Shown here piece by piece: positions 1 through 7,511 of a stretch of 12,441 nucleotides of DNA. The notes under the pieces are model-generated. The model made no database searches. It was not told the origin of the DNA and saw only the letters and a list, made by a program, of their open reading frames with translations. Location of the stretch: assembly GCA_902783585.1 (NCBI GenBank), contig CACZRT010000085.1:1-12441 (forward strand), in the 5' to 3' direction. The DNA comes from an uncultured Lachnospiraceae bacterium. GTDB taxonomy: Bacteria > Bacillota > Clostridia > Lachnospirales > Lachnospiraceae. Every line of letters starts with the position of its first letter. Positions within the stretch are counted from its first letter, which is position 1. The position numbers and the translations under genes are program-made.

Positions 1-2307
1 GACATATTGGCAGCCGATACAGATTTTGATGAGACGGACATCTATACAGAGGACGGGAAGGATAATATTCATGTTATTCGGGAGGAGTATTCTGTATCGA
101 AGAAGAATGGGACAGAATATGATACGGAGATCCTGAATCAGATTCTTGCAGATATCCGTAATTATGATGAGTATCTCTATGTGGATTATGATTTCAGTGA
201 GGATTCCTATATTACGGTTATTTCCGGTAAGGACGCAGCGTTTGGATTTGACTCGGGCGATATGACGCTTGTCTATTCTCCGTATGAGGATAAATTCTAC
301 TCGAGCTTCTATGGTTGGTATATGGTTCCGGATGAAATGTATTTTCTGTCTCAGTATATGCCGTCGGATCTTAGTATGTATTTTGAAGGTGCGAAGGGAA
401 ATGAGGTCTATAAGATCGGTCAGGAACTGCCGGGAGAGACGTTGTTCTGGCTTCCGTTTGCCGACCGGAATTCTCTTCTGCGTGTGAAGCTTGGGGAGAA
501 TTATGAGGAGTATCTGTATGCGTTTCGGAATCTTCGGAATCGGCAGCAGAACTTTGTATATTATGTGGAGCTTGCGGACAGAACCTATGGCAATGTGAAT
601 GCGCCGGAGGATGTCATGGGGCTTAACTATTATACAGTGATCACGAAGGTGAGCAGGGATGATATTGAAAATAATCATGATGGTTATCAGGTCGTGCAGA
701 TGAATTATGATAATGATTATCTGAATACTGAAATTGCACATGTATGGACGGAATATATGGCATCCCTCAGCATGCCGGAAGGGAATAGCCTGTATCTGGC
801 GATCCGTCCGGACTACAGCTACTCAGATGAGTTTCGTGCCGGATATGAGAATTTCAAGCTGTATTACAGCTATATGATACCGGCATGTATTCTAACGATC
901 CTGATGCTTGCGGCAACAGTGATCCTGGTACTGATATCGATCAAGAAGACCGGATATGTTGCGGGAGAATATGTTGTCTATTTTCTGGATCGGTGGCCGA
1001 TCGAGGTCATGTGGCTGGCAATCTTTACTTCCCTGTTTTTCATGGCTCCTTGTCTGCTGCAGATATATAATCAGTTCGCGCAATTAATGGATAGAGGCTG
1101 GATTAGAGGGAATCTGACCGTAGTGCTGACGACCTGCGGAATCTATTATCCTATGGTGCTGTTAGGCATGACCGGTTTCTTAAGTATGGTACGAAGACTT
1201 CGGGTGAAGGAATACCAGAAGATCAGTATCTTCCGGGTACTCGGAGGCAAGATATATGAAGTAATCCGTATGATCGCGGGTCAGCGGAATCTGGTGGCAC
1301 AGACGGTGGAGCTGTATCTCGCATATTGGCTGCTTTTGATCATCAGTGTCTTTATGATCCTGGCGTTGTCGGGAGTATGGCCGTTTCTGGGATTGTTCCT
1401 TTTCATTCTGCTGCATATCGGTATGATGATCCTTGCAATCCGTAAGGCGAAGGGGGAGCAGATGATCCGGACGGTGACACAGGAGCTTGCAGAGGGGAAT
1501 CTGGAGGTGGAAGTACCGAAGGGGAGACCGCTCGAGGTGGAACGACAGATTCTTGAGAATATTGAACATTTGGGAGACGGACTTCATACCGCTCTGGAAC
1601 AGAGTATCTATGATGAGAGGATGAAGGCGGAGCTGATCACGAATGTGTCGCATGATATTAAGACGCCGCTTACCTCGATCATCAACTATGTAGATCTGTT
1701 GAAGCGGGAGGATATTGATAATGATGAGGTGCGCCATTATATAGAAGTGCTGGATCAGAAATCCCGCCGCTTAAAGCAGCTGACCGAGGATCTGGTAGAG
1801 GTGTCGAAGATCTCCTCCGGCAATATAGAGTTAGAATGTATGCCGATCGATCTTGGAGAGCTGGTACGGCAGTCGATGGGTGAATTTCAGGACAAATTTG
1901 AGGAACGCAAGCTGCAGATCGTAGATAATATCTCGGACGAACCGTGTATGATCTATGCAGATGGCAGGCGGACTTACCGCGTGATGGATAATCTGATGCA
2001 GAACGTCTATAAATATGCAATGCCGAATACGCGGGTCTATGTGGATCTGATGAAGTCGGAGGAAATGGTGATCTTCTCGATCAAGAATATTTCTCAGGCA
2101 GAGCTTAACATTGATTCCAGAGAATTGATGGAACGGTTTATTCGCGGAGATCAGTCGCGGAGCACGGAGGGGAGCGGCCTGGGCTTATCGATTGCGAAGG
2201 ATCTGGTGCATATGCAGAATGGCGCCTTTGATATCCTGTTAGATGGAGATCTGTTCAAGGTTACGATCATGTTTCCGGTGATGACGACAGTATCGGAAGA
2301 GGAATGA
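1..2307 (+). CDS. Sensor histidine kinase, 5'-partial (reading frame open to the window edge). It has a large Tyr/Asp/Glu-rich predicted extracytoplasmic N-terminal domain, about five TM helices, then HisKA and HATPase_c domains.
   Basis: No in-frame stop from base 1. H-box ELITNVSHDIKTPLTSIINYVDLL (phospho-acceptor His). N-box DNLMQNVYKYA. G2 box GSGLGLSIAKDLV. Hydrophobic helices at roughly aa 295-470 of the track ORF. The TTG at 7 has no RBS and the N-terminus has no signal or TM, so the gene almost certainly starts upstream of the window. Confidence 0.9.
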   Translation, partial: DILAADTDFDETDIYTEDGKDNIHVIREEYSVSKKNGTEYDTEILNQILADIRNYDEYLYVDYDFSEDSYITVISGKDAAFGFDSGDMTLVYSPYEDKFYSSFYGWYMVPDEMYFLSQYMPSDLSMYFEGAKGNEVYKIGQELPGETLFWLPFADRNSLLRVKLGENYEEYLYAFRNLRNRQQNFVYYVELADRTYGNVNAPEDVMGLNYYTVITKVSRDDIENNHDGYQVVQMNYDNDYLNTEIAHVWTEYMASLSMPEGNSLYLAIRPDYSYSDEFRAGYENFKLYYSYMIPACILTILMLAATVILVLISIKKTGYVAGEYVVYFLDRWPIEVMWLAIFTSLFFMAPCLLQIYNQFAQLMDRGWIRGNLTVVLTTCGIYYPMVLLGMTGFLSMVRRLRVKEYQKISIFRVLGGKIYEVIRMIAGQRNLVAQTVELYLAYWLLLIISVFMILALSGVWPFLGLFLFILLHIGMMILAIRKAKGEQMIRTVTQELAEGNLEVEVPKGRPLEVERQILENIEHLGDGLHTALEQSIYDERMKAELITNVSHDIKTPLTSIINYVDLLKREDIDNDEVRHYIEVLDQKSRRLKQLTEDLVEVSKISSGNIELECMPIDLGELVRQSMGEFQDKFEERKLQIVDNISDEPCMIYADGRRTYRVMDNLMQNVYKYAMPNTRVYVDLMKSEEMVIFSIKNISQAELNIDSRELMERFIRGDQSRSTEGSGLGLSIAKDLVHMQNGAFDILLDGDLFKVTIMFPVMTTVSEEE

Positions 2308-2461
2308 TCAAAGAATCTGGTTATAACGGGATAACATAGTAAGAATAATGAAGTCAGGTATAATTAAAGATTTTTTGAAAAAATAATCTGAGGCTGCCAT
2401 AGTTTGACATTCGTTCATGATAAGGTGTGTATAACATCAAATCAGAACGGAGGACAAAGCT

Positions 2462-2776
2462 ATGGAGAAGTATTTACAGGATACAATGCTTGGGACCTTT
2501 TTTGAGGAGGGAACCTTTGGTGACGATCATTCCCGGATCGGATGGATCGGAGGAGCAGGATATCTGATCACATTATTGATCTTTGTAACAGGACATATGA
2601 GTATTACCAAGCATACACAGCTGATGGTACTGCTGCTTTGGGTTGTTATTGATCTGACGATCAATGGGATCCGACATCTGTATATTCGTAAACATACAGA
2701 CATGGATCCCGATTCTGAACATGAAGCACAAGAAGAAGATGCCCCGGATGAGGCATATATGGTATGTGCCCGTTAA
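2462..2776 (+). CDS. Small hypothetical membrane protein (104 aa) with two predicted TM helices and an acidic C-terminal tail.
   Basis: ATG at 2462 preceded by GGAGG at 2449-2453 (8-nt spacing). Two hydrophobic segments (GYLITLLIFVTGHM, LMVLLLWVVIDLTI). Tail DMDPDSEHEAQEEDAPDE. No family recognised. Confidence 0.5.
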   Translation: MEKYLQDTMLGTFFEEGTFGDDHSRIGWIGGAGYLITLLIFVTGHMSITKHTQLMVLLLWVVIDLTINGIRHLYIRKHTDMDPDSEHEAQEEDAPDEAYMVCAR

Positions 2777-2778
2777 TG

Positions 2779-3189
2779 CTATTGCAAGGATTTTAACTTG
2801 TTATAGATATACTGAATGACATCTTTTCTGGTGATGATCCCGATGAATTTCCGGTTGTCGTCTATGACAGGAACGAAATTCTGATTCACGACCTTGGAGA
2901 TCAGATCTTCTATGTCGGCGTTGATCGAGATAGGATCGTAGCTGACTGCACGTGGAATGGAGATCACGTTCTCTTCTGCGTCCGGAGTCTGTGCGCCGTC
3001 CGCGATCTTCGTGGAATAACGTAGGAAATCACCTTCTGTTATCGTACCTATATATTCTCCGTCCTCAGACAGGATCGGAATGGCGGTATAGGTGTGGGTC
3101 TGCATATCTGTCAAAGCTTTGCGGGCTGTGACATTTGATGATAGGTAGACTACTTCGTTTTTTGGTTTTAAGAAAAATAATATGTTCAT
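2779..3189 (-). CDS. Standalone CBS-domain pair protein (136 aa).
   Basis: Two CBS-like repeats: IPILSEDGEYIGTITEGDFLRY and VPVIDDNRKFIGIITRKDVIQYI. RBS GGGGGAT sits 5 nt upstream of the ATG on the minus strand. A near-consensus promoter lies upstream (see the promoter feature). Confidence 0.85.
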   Translation of the reverse strand: MNILFFLKPKNEVVYLSSNVTARKALTDMQTHTYTAIPILSEDGEYIGTITEGDFLRYSTKIADGAQTPDAEENVISIPRAVSYDPISINADIEDLISKVVNQNFVPVIDDNRKFIGIITRKDVIQYIYNKLKSLQ

Positions 3190-3228
3190 ATTGTATCCCC
3201 CGGAACAGATTGCCTTACCTGATATATA

Positions 3229-3257
3229 GTATACAGGAAAGGCATTTTTTTCTCAAT
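3229..3257 (-). promoter_or_regulatory. Sigma-A-type promoter for the CBS gene: TTGAGA - 17 nt - TATACT, read on the minus strand.
   Basis: On the minus strand: TTGAGAaaaaaatgcctttcctgTATACT. On the plus strand, tctcaa at 3252-3257 and agtata at 3229-3234. This gives a ~35-40 nt leader to the start at 3189. Confidence 0.55.
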
Positions 3258-3371
3258 AACATCTTCAAAATGAAAGAGATTTTTAATATAATTAGATGAG
3301 AGTGTTTCTAAGAACCGATAACTATATTGGAATATCGTGCAGAAGGATAAATGTTGCGAGCACGACAGTGA

Positions 3372-3400
3372 TTCGGAAGGATGAATATTGCGGGTATAAT
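3372..3400 (+). promoter_or_regulatory. Possible sigma-A promoter for the phosphoesterase gene, with a perfect TATAAT -10 and a weak -35.
   Basis: TATAAT at 3395-3400. TTCGGA at 3372-3377 with a 17-nt spacer (3 of 6 matches to TTGACA). RBS AAAGGA lies 7 nt before the ATG at 3427. Confidence 0.35.
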
Positions 3401-3426
3401 AGCAGATATAGGGAAAGGATAAGAGC

Positions 3427-3924
3427 ATGAGCAGAATACTAATCATCAGTGATTCCCATGGGTATAATGAATGGGTGGAAATCGCGATCAAACAGGCGCG
3501 TCCGTTTGATATGCTGTTTCATTGCGGAGATCTTCAGTGTCCGCCGGAAGAGATTGAGAAGATGGCGGGCGGTTCCTGCTATATGGTCAGAGGCAACTGT
3601 GATCCGAGGTTGAATCTGCCTTTGACGCAGGTGGTTGATGTGGAAGGACACCGGATCTATATGGCACATGGGCATACCCTTGGAGTGGGCTATGATCTGG
3701 ATTCTCTGTTGGAGGAAGCGGCGGCTGTAGAAGCGGATATTGCCTTATTTGGTCATACACATCGACCGTATGTGGATATCGAGGATGATATCTATCTCTT
3801 TAATCCCGGAAGTGTATCCCAGCCAAGACAGGAGAGTCGGGAGAAGACTTATGGGATCCTGGAGATCAGCGATAAGGGGACGATCTCCTTTGAACACAAG
3901 GTGCTTGGCAAGAAACAGTTGTGA
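3427..3924 (+). CDS. YfcE/MJ0936-family metallophosphoesterase (calcineurin-like phosphodiesterase, 165 aa).
   Basis: Metal-binding motifs typical of the family: ISDSHG (N-terminal DxH), CGDL (GD), GNCD (GNHD-like), HGH, GHTH. The size and the ending (...YGILEI...) match the YfcE/YsnB class. Confidence 0.9.
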   Translation: MSRILIISDSHGYNEWVEIAIKQARPFDMLFHCGDLQCPPEEIEKMAGGSCYMVRGNCDPRLNLPLTQVVDVEGHRIYMAHGHTLGVGYDLDSLLEEAAAVEADIALFGHTHRPYVDIEDDIYLFNPGSVSQPRQESREKTYGILEISDKGTISFEHKVLGKKQL

Positions 3925-4051
3925 ATTGACGGAGAGTTTGTTAAAATAATAAGAGTTTAAGAGGGTGTAATTCCGATCATAAGGATATGTGACCGGGTAG
4001 TCCTTATATGTTGTATTGTATGCATAGAATATACATGGGAGGAATCGATAC

Positions 4052-5221
4052 ATGGATGCACAGAATATATTTGATCAGAACGTGGAATATCTGATCCGGA
4101 TCCGGGATGAAGTCTCAGAGTGCGATCAATTGGAAGCACAGAGAAAGGAGCTTCAGGACAAATCAGATAAGATGAAGAAGGCGATCTCACAGGAGGAGAA
4201 GTCGATCAATGATGAGATTAATTCTACGATCAAGAAGCGGAAGTCTGAGCTGGAGGGAACCTATGACACGCAGTTAGATGCCAGCCGTAAGAAGGTGAAG
4301 AAGGCACAGGATAAAAAGAATAAGGAGAAGTCTGAGCGTGTAGGACAGCGGGTTGATGTGGAGACCGCGGATGTTAAGGAGAGCAGCCGTCAGTTAAAGA
4401 TCGAGTTAAAGACATTGTTTAAGCAGAATCATGTGCCGACCTTCTGCATGTCGGATCTGTATTATGCGTTATTTATGCCGAAGGGAATGAAGGAAGCAGT
4501 CATTCTTCTGATCTCGATTATCATCGGACTTGGCGGAATTCCTTGTGGAATGTATCTGCTGTTTGCGAAGGTCATAATGAAGGATGCACCGCTTAATAAA
4601 GCCGGAGTGCCGATTTCGCAGTCTTCGGTATTCATGGCGGTAGTGATCGCCTTAACCATCATTTTGATCCTTGCGATTTATTTTGTCATCTTCAATCTGA
4701 CGAAGGTGAAGCACCGTGACACGATTGCAGAAGGAAGGAAGATCCGGAATCAGATTCTTGCAAATGAGAAGAATGTCCGCGCGATCAAGAACGCGATCAA
4801 TAAGGATAAGGACGAAAGTCAGTATGAATTAGGCGAGTACGATGCGGAGATCGCGAAGTTCCAGAGTGAGATGGATGCTATCGCTGAGCAGAAGAAGGCT
4901 GCACTGACCGAGTTCGAGAGAGAGACCAAGGGCGCGATCACGAATGAGATCAACGGCAGACGGCTTCCGAAGTTAACGGATATGAAGAATAAGCAGGAGG
5001 CGGTAGAGGCAGAGAAGGAGATCCTTGAAAATAAGCATAAAGAAGCGTCTCTTGCGATCACCGATAACTATGTGAAGTATCTCGGCAAGAATGTGTGCAA
5101 GGTCGAGGCGCTGAATGACATTATCAATATCATGGTCAGTGAGGAGGTTGCCACCATTTCGGAAGGACTTGCCATCTACAAGGGTGAGGCTCCGCATAAG
5201 AACAGTGAGGGAGACGCCTAG
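4052..5221 (+). CDS. Hypothetical membrane protein (389 aa): an N-terminal Lys/Glu-rich coiled-coil (~140 aa), two TM helices, and a C-terminal Lys/Glu/Ala-rich coiled-coil (~170 aa).
   Basis: RBS GGGAGG sits 9 nt before the ATG at 4052. Heptad-like charged segments flank two strongly hydrophobic helices (AVILLISIIIGLGGIPCGMYLLF and VFMAVVIALTIILILAIYFVIF). No catalytic motifs recognised. Confidence 0.75.
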   Translation: MDAQNIFDQNVEYLIRIRDEVSECDQLEAQRKELQDKSDKMKKAISQEEKSINDEINSTIKKRKSELEGTYDTQLDASRKKVKKAQDKKNKEKSERVGQRVDVETADVKESSRQLKIELKTLFKQNHVPTFCMSDLYYALFMPKGMKEAVILLISIIIGLGGIPCGMYLLFAKVIMKDAPLNKAGVPISQSSVFMAVVIALTIILILAIYFVIFNLTKVKHRDTIAEGRKIRNQILANEKNVRAIKNAINKDKDESQYELGEYDAEIAKFQSEMDAIAEQKKAALTEFERETKGAITNEINGRRLPKLTDMKNKQEAVEAEKEILENKHKEASLAITDNYVKYLGKNVCKVEALNDIINIMVSEEVATISEGLAIYKGEAPHKNSEGDA

Positions 5222-5787
5222 ATGCTCTCCGAGAGGATTTCAAGCGGCGGGAAATAATCCTCAGCGTGATTGATTCCCAGCGCAATGCAGTCAACCATGT
5301 TCATGACCGTGTACAGTCTTGTGTTTTGCAGAAGGTAGGAGCCGGGATGACCGGACAGGTTCACGATTCCGGTAATGGAGAGCTGCCCGATCTCAGGCAG
5401 GTTCTTGGCAATTCCCTGACCGGGTTTTAAGGGTCCCTGCTTCAGTGTGACATAACCGATGTGCTCCTTCGTTCCGAGAGAGGCGTCAATGGCGATGATA
5501 TAAGGATCTGTATGATTCTCATAGATATGCTCCATCGTATCAATGAGATTGATCGCATGAACCGGATGCGCCAAAGTACCATATATATTGAAATTATTAT
5601 TCGATGACCGGAGCCTGTGTCCGACTAACGGACCCAAAGAGTCTCCGGTCACGCGGTCTGTACCGATGCACAGGAAGATCAATTCTTGATCGGGTTTACG
5701 GGTTTCTTCTAATAGATAATATAATTCCCGGCCCAGAGCTTCGTAGGCGAAGGGATCTGCGGCGTCAAAATAAAATACTTTTTTCAT
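5218..5787 (-). CDS. yyaC: Sporulation protein YyaC (TIGR02841 / DUF1256; putative spore protease related to the germination-protease fold).
   Basis: Family signature FLCIGTDRVTGDSLGPLVG and IIAIDASLG. The size (189 aa) fits the family. An AAAGG RBS precedes the ATG at 5787. Its stop overlaps the stop of the convergent gene by 4 bp. Confidence 0.85.
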   Translation of the reverse strand: MKKVFYFDAADPFAYEALGRELYYLLEETRKPDQELIFLCIGTDRVTGDSLGPLVGHRLRSSNNNFNIYGTLAHPVHAINLIDTMEHIYENHTDPYIIAIDASLGTKEHIGYVTLKQGPLKPGQGIAKNLPEIGQLSITGIVNLSGHPGSYLLQNTRLYTVMNMVDCIALGINHAEDYFPPLEILSESI

Positions 5788-5864
5788 GATCTATAAGCCT
5801 TTTCATTCAAGTTCTTGTCATAAAGAGTATGAACCAAAATTATAGATTTAGACATGTCACCTTT

Positions 5865-5898
5865 GCGGGAGAAGCATCGACTTCTGCCGCATTTTTTG
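5865..5898 (+). terminator. Intrinsic-terminator-like hairpin plus T-tract on the plus strand, inside the divergent yyaC / LysM-gene intergenic region. It is orphan: no plus-strand gene ends upstream of it.
   Basis: GCGGgAGAAG-catcga-CTTCTgCCGC, a 9-bp stem with one G/G mismatch and a 6-nt loop, followed by ATTTTTTG (5891-5898). The minus strand has no matching U-tract. Confidence 0.45.
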
Positions 5899-6000
5899 CG
5901 TTATGCGGGGTTGATGACGGTTGGACATGCTATTTCGGGAAACATGCGATGAATTGAAACAGGGAATCGACAGGATTTGATAAAGATTCTTCTCATGCGG

Positions 6001-6009
6001 TGGTATGAT
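6001..6009 (+). promoter_or_regulatory. Candidate extended -10 promoter (TGgTATGAT) about 35 nt upstream of the LysM-gene start.
   Basis: TGG-TATGAT at 6001-6009 with no good -35. The RBS GGGAG lies 7 nt before the ATG at 6046. Confidence 0.3.
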
Positions 6010-6045
6010 TCGGGAAAACGCGAAAGGAAGGACGGGAGCTAGGCA

Positions 6046-7407
6046 ATGATAGAAGTAATCTACGATCGTTCAGAAGAAGACACACCCAAAGGAGAAATTC
6101 AGGGAATTCGTCTCCCGAAGAATATACGGCAGGTGGGGACGCCGCAGGGCAGCAGGAAGATCTATGTGGAGGACTATGTGATCACCTATCTGAATCAGCT
6201 TGCCAAGCCGGGAAATACCTATGCAAGAGGAGCGATCCTGCTTGGAGAATATAAGCAGAGCGAGGGGCAGGGCGTCTTATTTATCAGCGGCGCGATCGAG
6301 GCGCAGAATGTGGAATTCGATATGGAGGAGACCGAATTCAGTAATGAGATCTGGAGTAAGATCTATGCGGAGGTGAAACGGTTCTTTCCGGATCTGGAGG
6401 TGGTGGGATGGTTTTTGTCCCGTATGGGCTTCACGACGCAGGTGAATGAGAAGATCACCAAGATGCATCTGGATAATTTTCCGGGACGGGATAAGGTGCT
6501 GTATATGATCGATTCCCTGGAGGAGGAGGACGCGTGGTACTTCTATGAGAACGGAGCTTTGAAGAAGCAGGGCGGTTATTACATATATTATACCAGAAAT
6601 GATACGATGCAGAATTATATGATGACGCAGACCAGTCATATGGTGGAGTCTGAGACGGATATTGCCGAGCGGGATCAGGATCTCTTGGATGCATATCGTA
6701 AGCGGTTGGAGCAGAGACGGCTTCAGGCACCGGTTCAGGAAAAGAAGTCTGCCGGCTTTTTTTATGTGGCAAGCTCCCTTCTGACAGTTGCCTGTCTGGC
6801 GCTTGGGATTGCCGCTATCAGTAATTATGATCGGTTGAAGCATCTGGAGGTGGCGTTTGAACGCATGGCCGTCATGACAGATGGAGGGGCCCTGGCAAAG
6901 GAGGACTTGGAGGGAACGGAGGAGGCGATTCCGGTGGCAAATGTGATCACGGTCGATGCGAATGTATCACCGATCGAGGACTCCGATCGTTCCTCGGACA
7001 AGAAGGATACAAGTGCTTCGGATCATAGCGAAGACAATGCTTCTGATGACGATGACGCAAGCAGCTCTGAAGATACAGAAGTGGCATCCGATACCGGGCA
7101 GAGTACAGAAAACACAGCTTCCAACGCAGATACCGGAACGGATCAGCAGACAGAAAATGAGAATCAGACAGAGGCAGCATGGACAACAGCTGTGCCATCA
7201 GACGAGACGAATGAAGAACCGGAAGCGGTCGTTACGGTGGATGGTGTGAAATACTATACTGTAAAATCAGGGGATACCCTGTCTTCGATCAGCTTCTCCA
7301 TGTATCATTCGATACTGTATGTAGATGATATCATTGATGCCAACGGATTATCGAGCGGCGATGATATTGCGGTAGGGCAGATCCTGATCATTCCGGATAT
7401 ATCATAG
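6046..7407 (+). CDS. Bitopic membrane protein (453 aa). From N to C: a cytoplasmic MPN/JAB-like domain lacking the JAMM metal ligands, one TM helix, an acidic Ser/Asp/Thr/Glu-rich low-complexity linker, and a C-terminal LysM peptidoglycan-binding domain.
   Basis: C-terminal LysM: YYTVKSGDTLSSIS...DIAVGQILIIP. TM: FFYVASSLLTVACLALGIAAI. Linker: SDRSSDKKDTSASDHSEDNASDDDDASSSEDTE... The N-terminal pattern ARGAILLGEY...VLFISGAIEAQNVEFD...IWSKIYAEVKRFFPDLEVVGWFLSRMGF...VLYMIDS resembles MPN-minus cores (Rpn8/CSN6-like VVGWYHTGP...VLVIIDV), with the HxH replaced by L-S-R. Confidence 0.85.
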   Translation: MIEVIYDRSEEDTPKGEIQGIRLPKNIRQVGTPQGSRKIYVEDYVITYLNQLAKPGNTYARGAILLGEYKQSEGQGVLFISGAIEAQNVEFDMEETEFSNEIWSKIYAEVKRFFPDLEVVGWFLSRMGFTTQVNEKITKMHLDNFPGRDKVLYMIDSLEEEDAWYFYENGALKKQGGYYIYYTRNDTMQNYMMTQTSHMVESETDIAERDQDLLDAYRKRLEQRRLQAPVQEKKSAGFFYVASSLLTVACLALGIAAISNYDRLKHLEVAFERMAVMTDGGALAKEDLEGTEEAIPVANVITVDANVSPIEDSDRSSDKKDTSASDHSEDNASDDDDASSSEDTEVASDTGQSTENTASNADTGTDQQTENENQTEAAWTTAVPSDETNEEPEAVVTVDGVKYYTVKSGDTLSSISFSMYHSILYVDDIIDANGLSSGDDIAVGQILIIPDIS

Positions 7408-7446
7408 CCATTCTGGTAATTAATTGAACCGAATGCGTAGGTTTTA

Positions 7447-7474
7447 TTGGACAAGCGGCCATTCTTGGTATAAT
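7447..7474 (+). promoter_or_regulatory. Sigma-A promoter with an extended -10: TTGGAC - 16 nt - TGgTATAAT.
   Basis: TTGGAC at 7447-7452. TG at 7466-7467. TATAAT at 7469-7474. Start of the downstream gene at 7512, with RBS GAGGAT. Confidence 0.5.
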
Positions 7475-7511
7475 ATAGTAGAGGATAATATGAATGATAT
7501 GAGGATCGATC

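Noticed and set aside
1180-2020. Antisense ORFs of 185 aa and 112 aa inside the histidine kinase gene.
   Set aside because: They overlap a high-confidence kinase coding region on the opposite strand. Their translations are His/Arg/Pro-rich and show no domain features.
2369-2388. AT-only palindrome GATTTTTTGAAAAAATAATC, similar to the TTTTGAA-N5-TTCAAAA repeat at 12274-12292.
   Set aside because: These are short, low-complexity A/T tracts. The similarity between the two sites could easily arise by chance in AT-rich intergenic DNA, so it is not reported as a shared operator.
3979-4007. Inverted repeat ATAAGGA-N15-TCCTTAT downstream of the phosphoesterase gene, considered as a terminator.
   Set aside because: The stem is AT-rich with only 7 bp, the loop is 15 nt, and the following T-tract is poor. 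It is unlikely to be a functional intrinsic terminator. It might be a weak structure or a protein site, but there is not enough evidence.
5829-5966. A 45-codon plus-strand ORF (MNQNYRFRHVTFAGEAST...) spanning the orphan terminator.
   Set aside because: The RBS is very poor, the terminator hairpin lies inside it, and the composition is not protein-like. It is kept only as a note under the orphan-terminator finding.
6277-6843. Antisense ORFs of 188 aa and 105 aa inside the MPN-LysM gene, plus the small sense/antisense ORFs at 6947-7249.
   Set aside because: They lie opposite or out of frame within a supported CDS. The translations are low-complexity (Pro/His/Arg-rich). The 6956-7249 ORF arises from the repetitive acidic-linker DNA.
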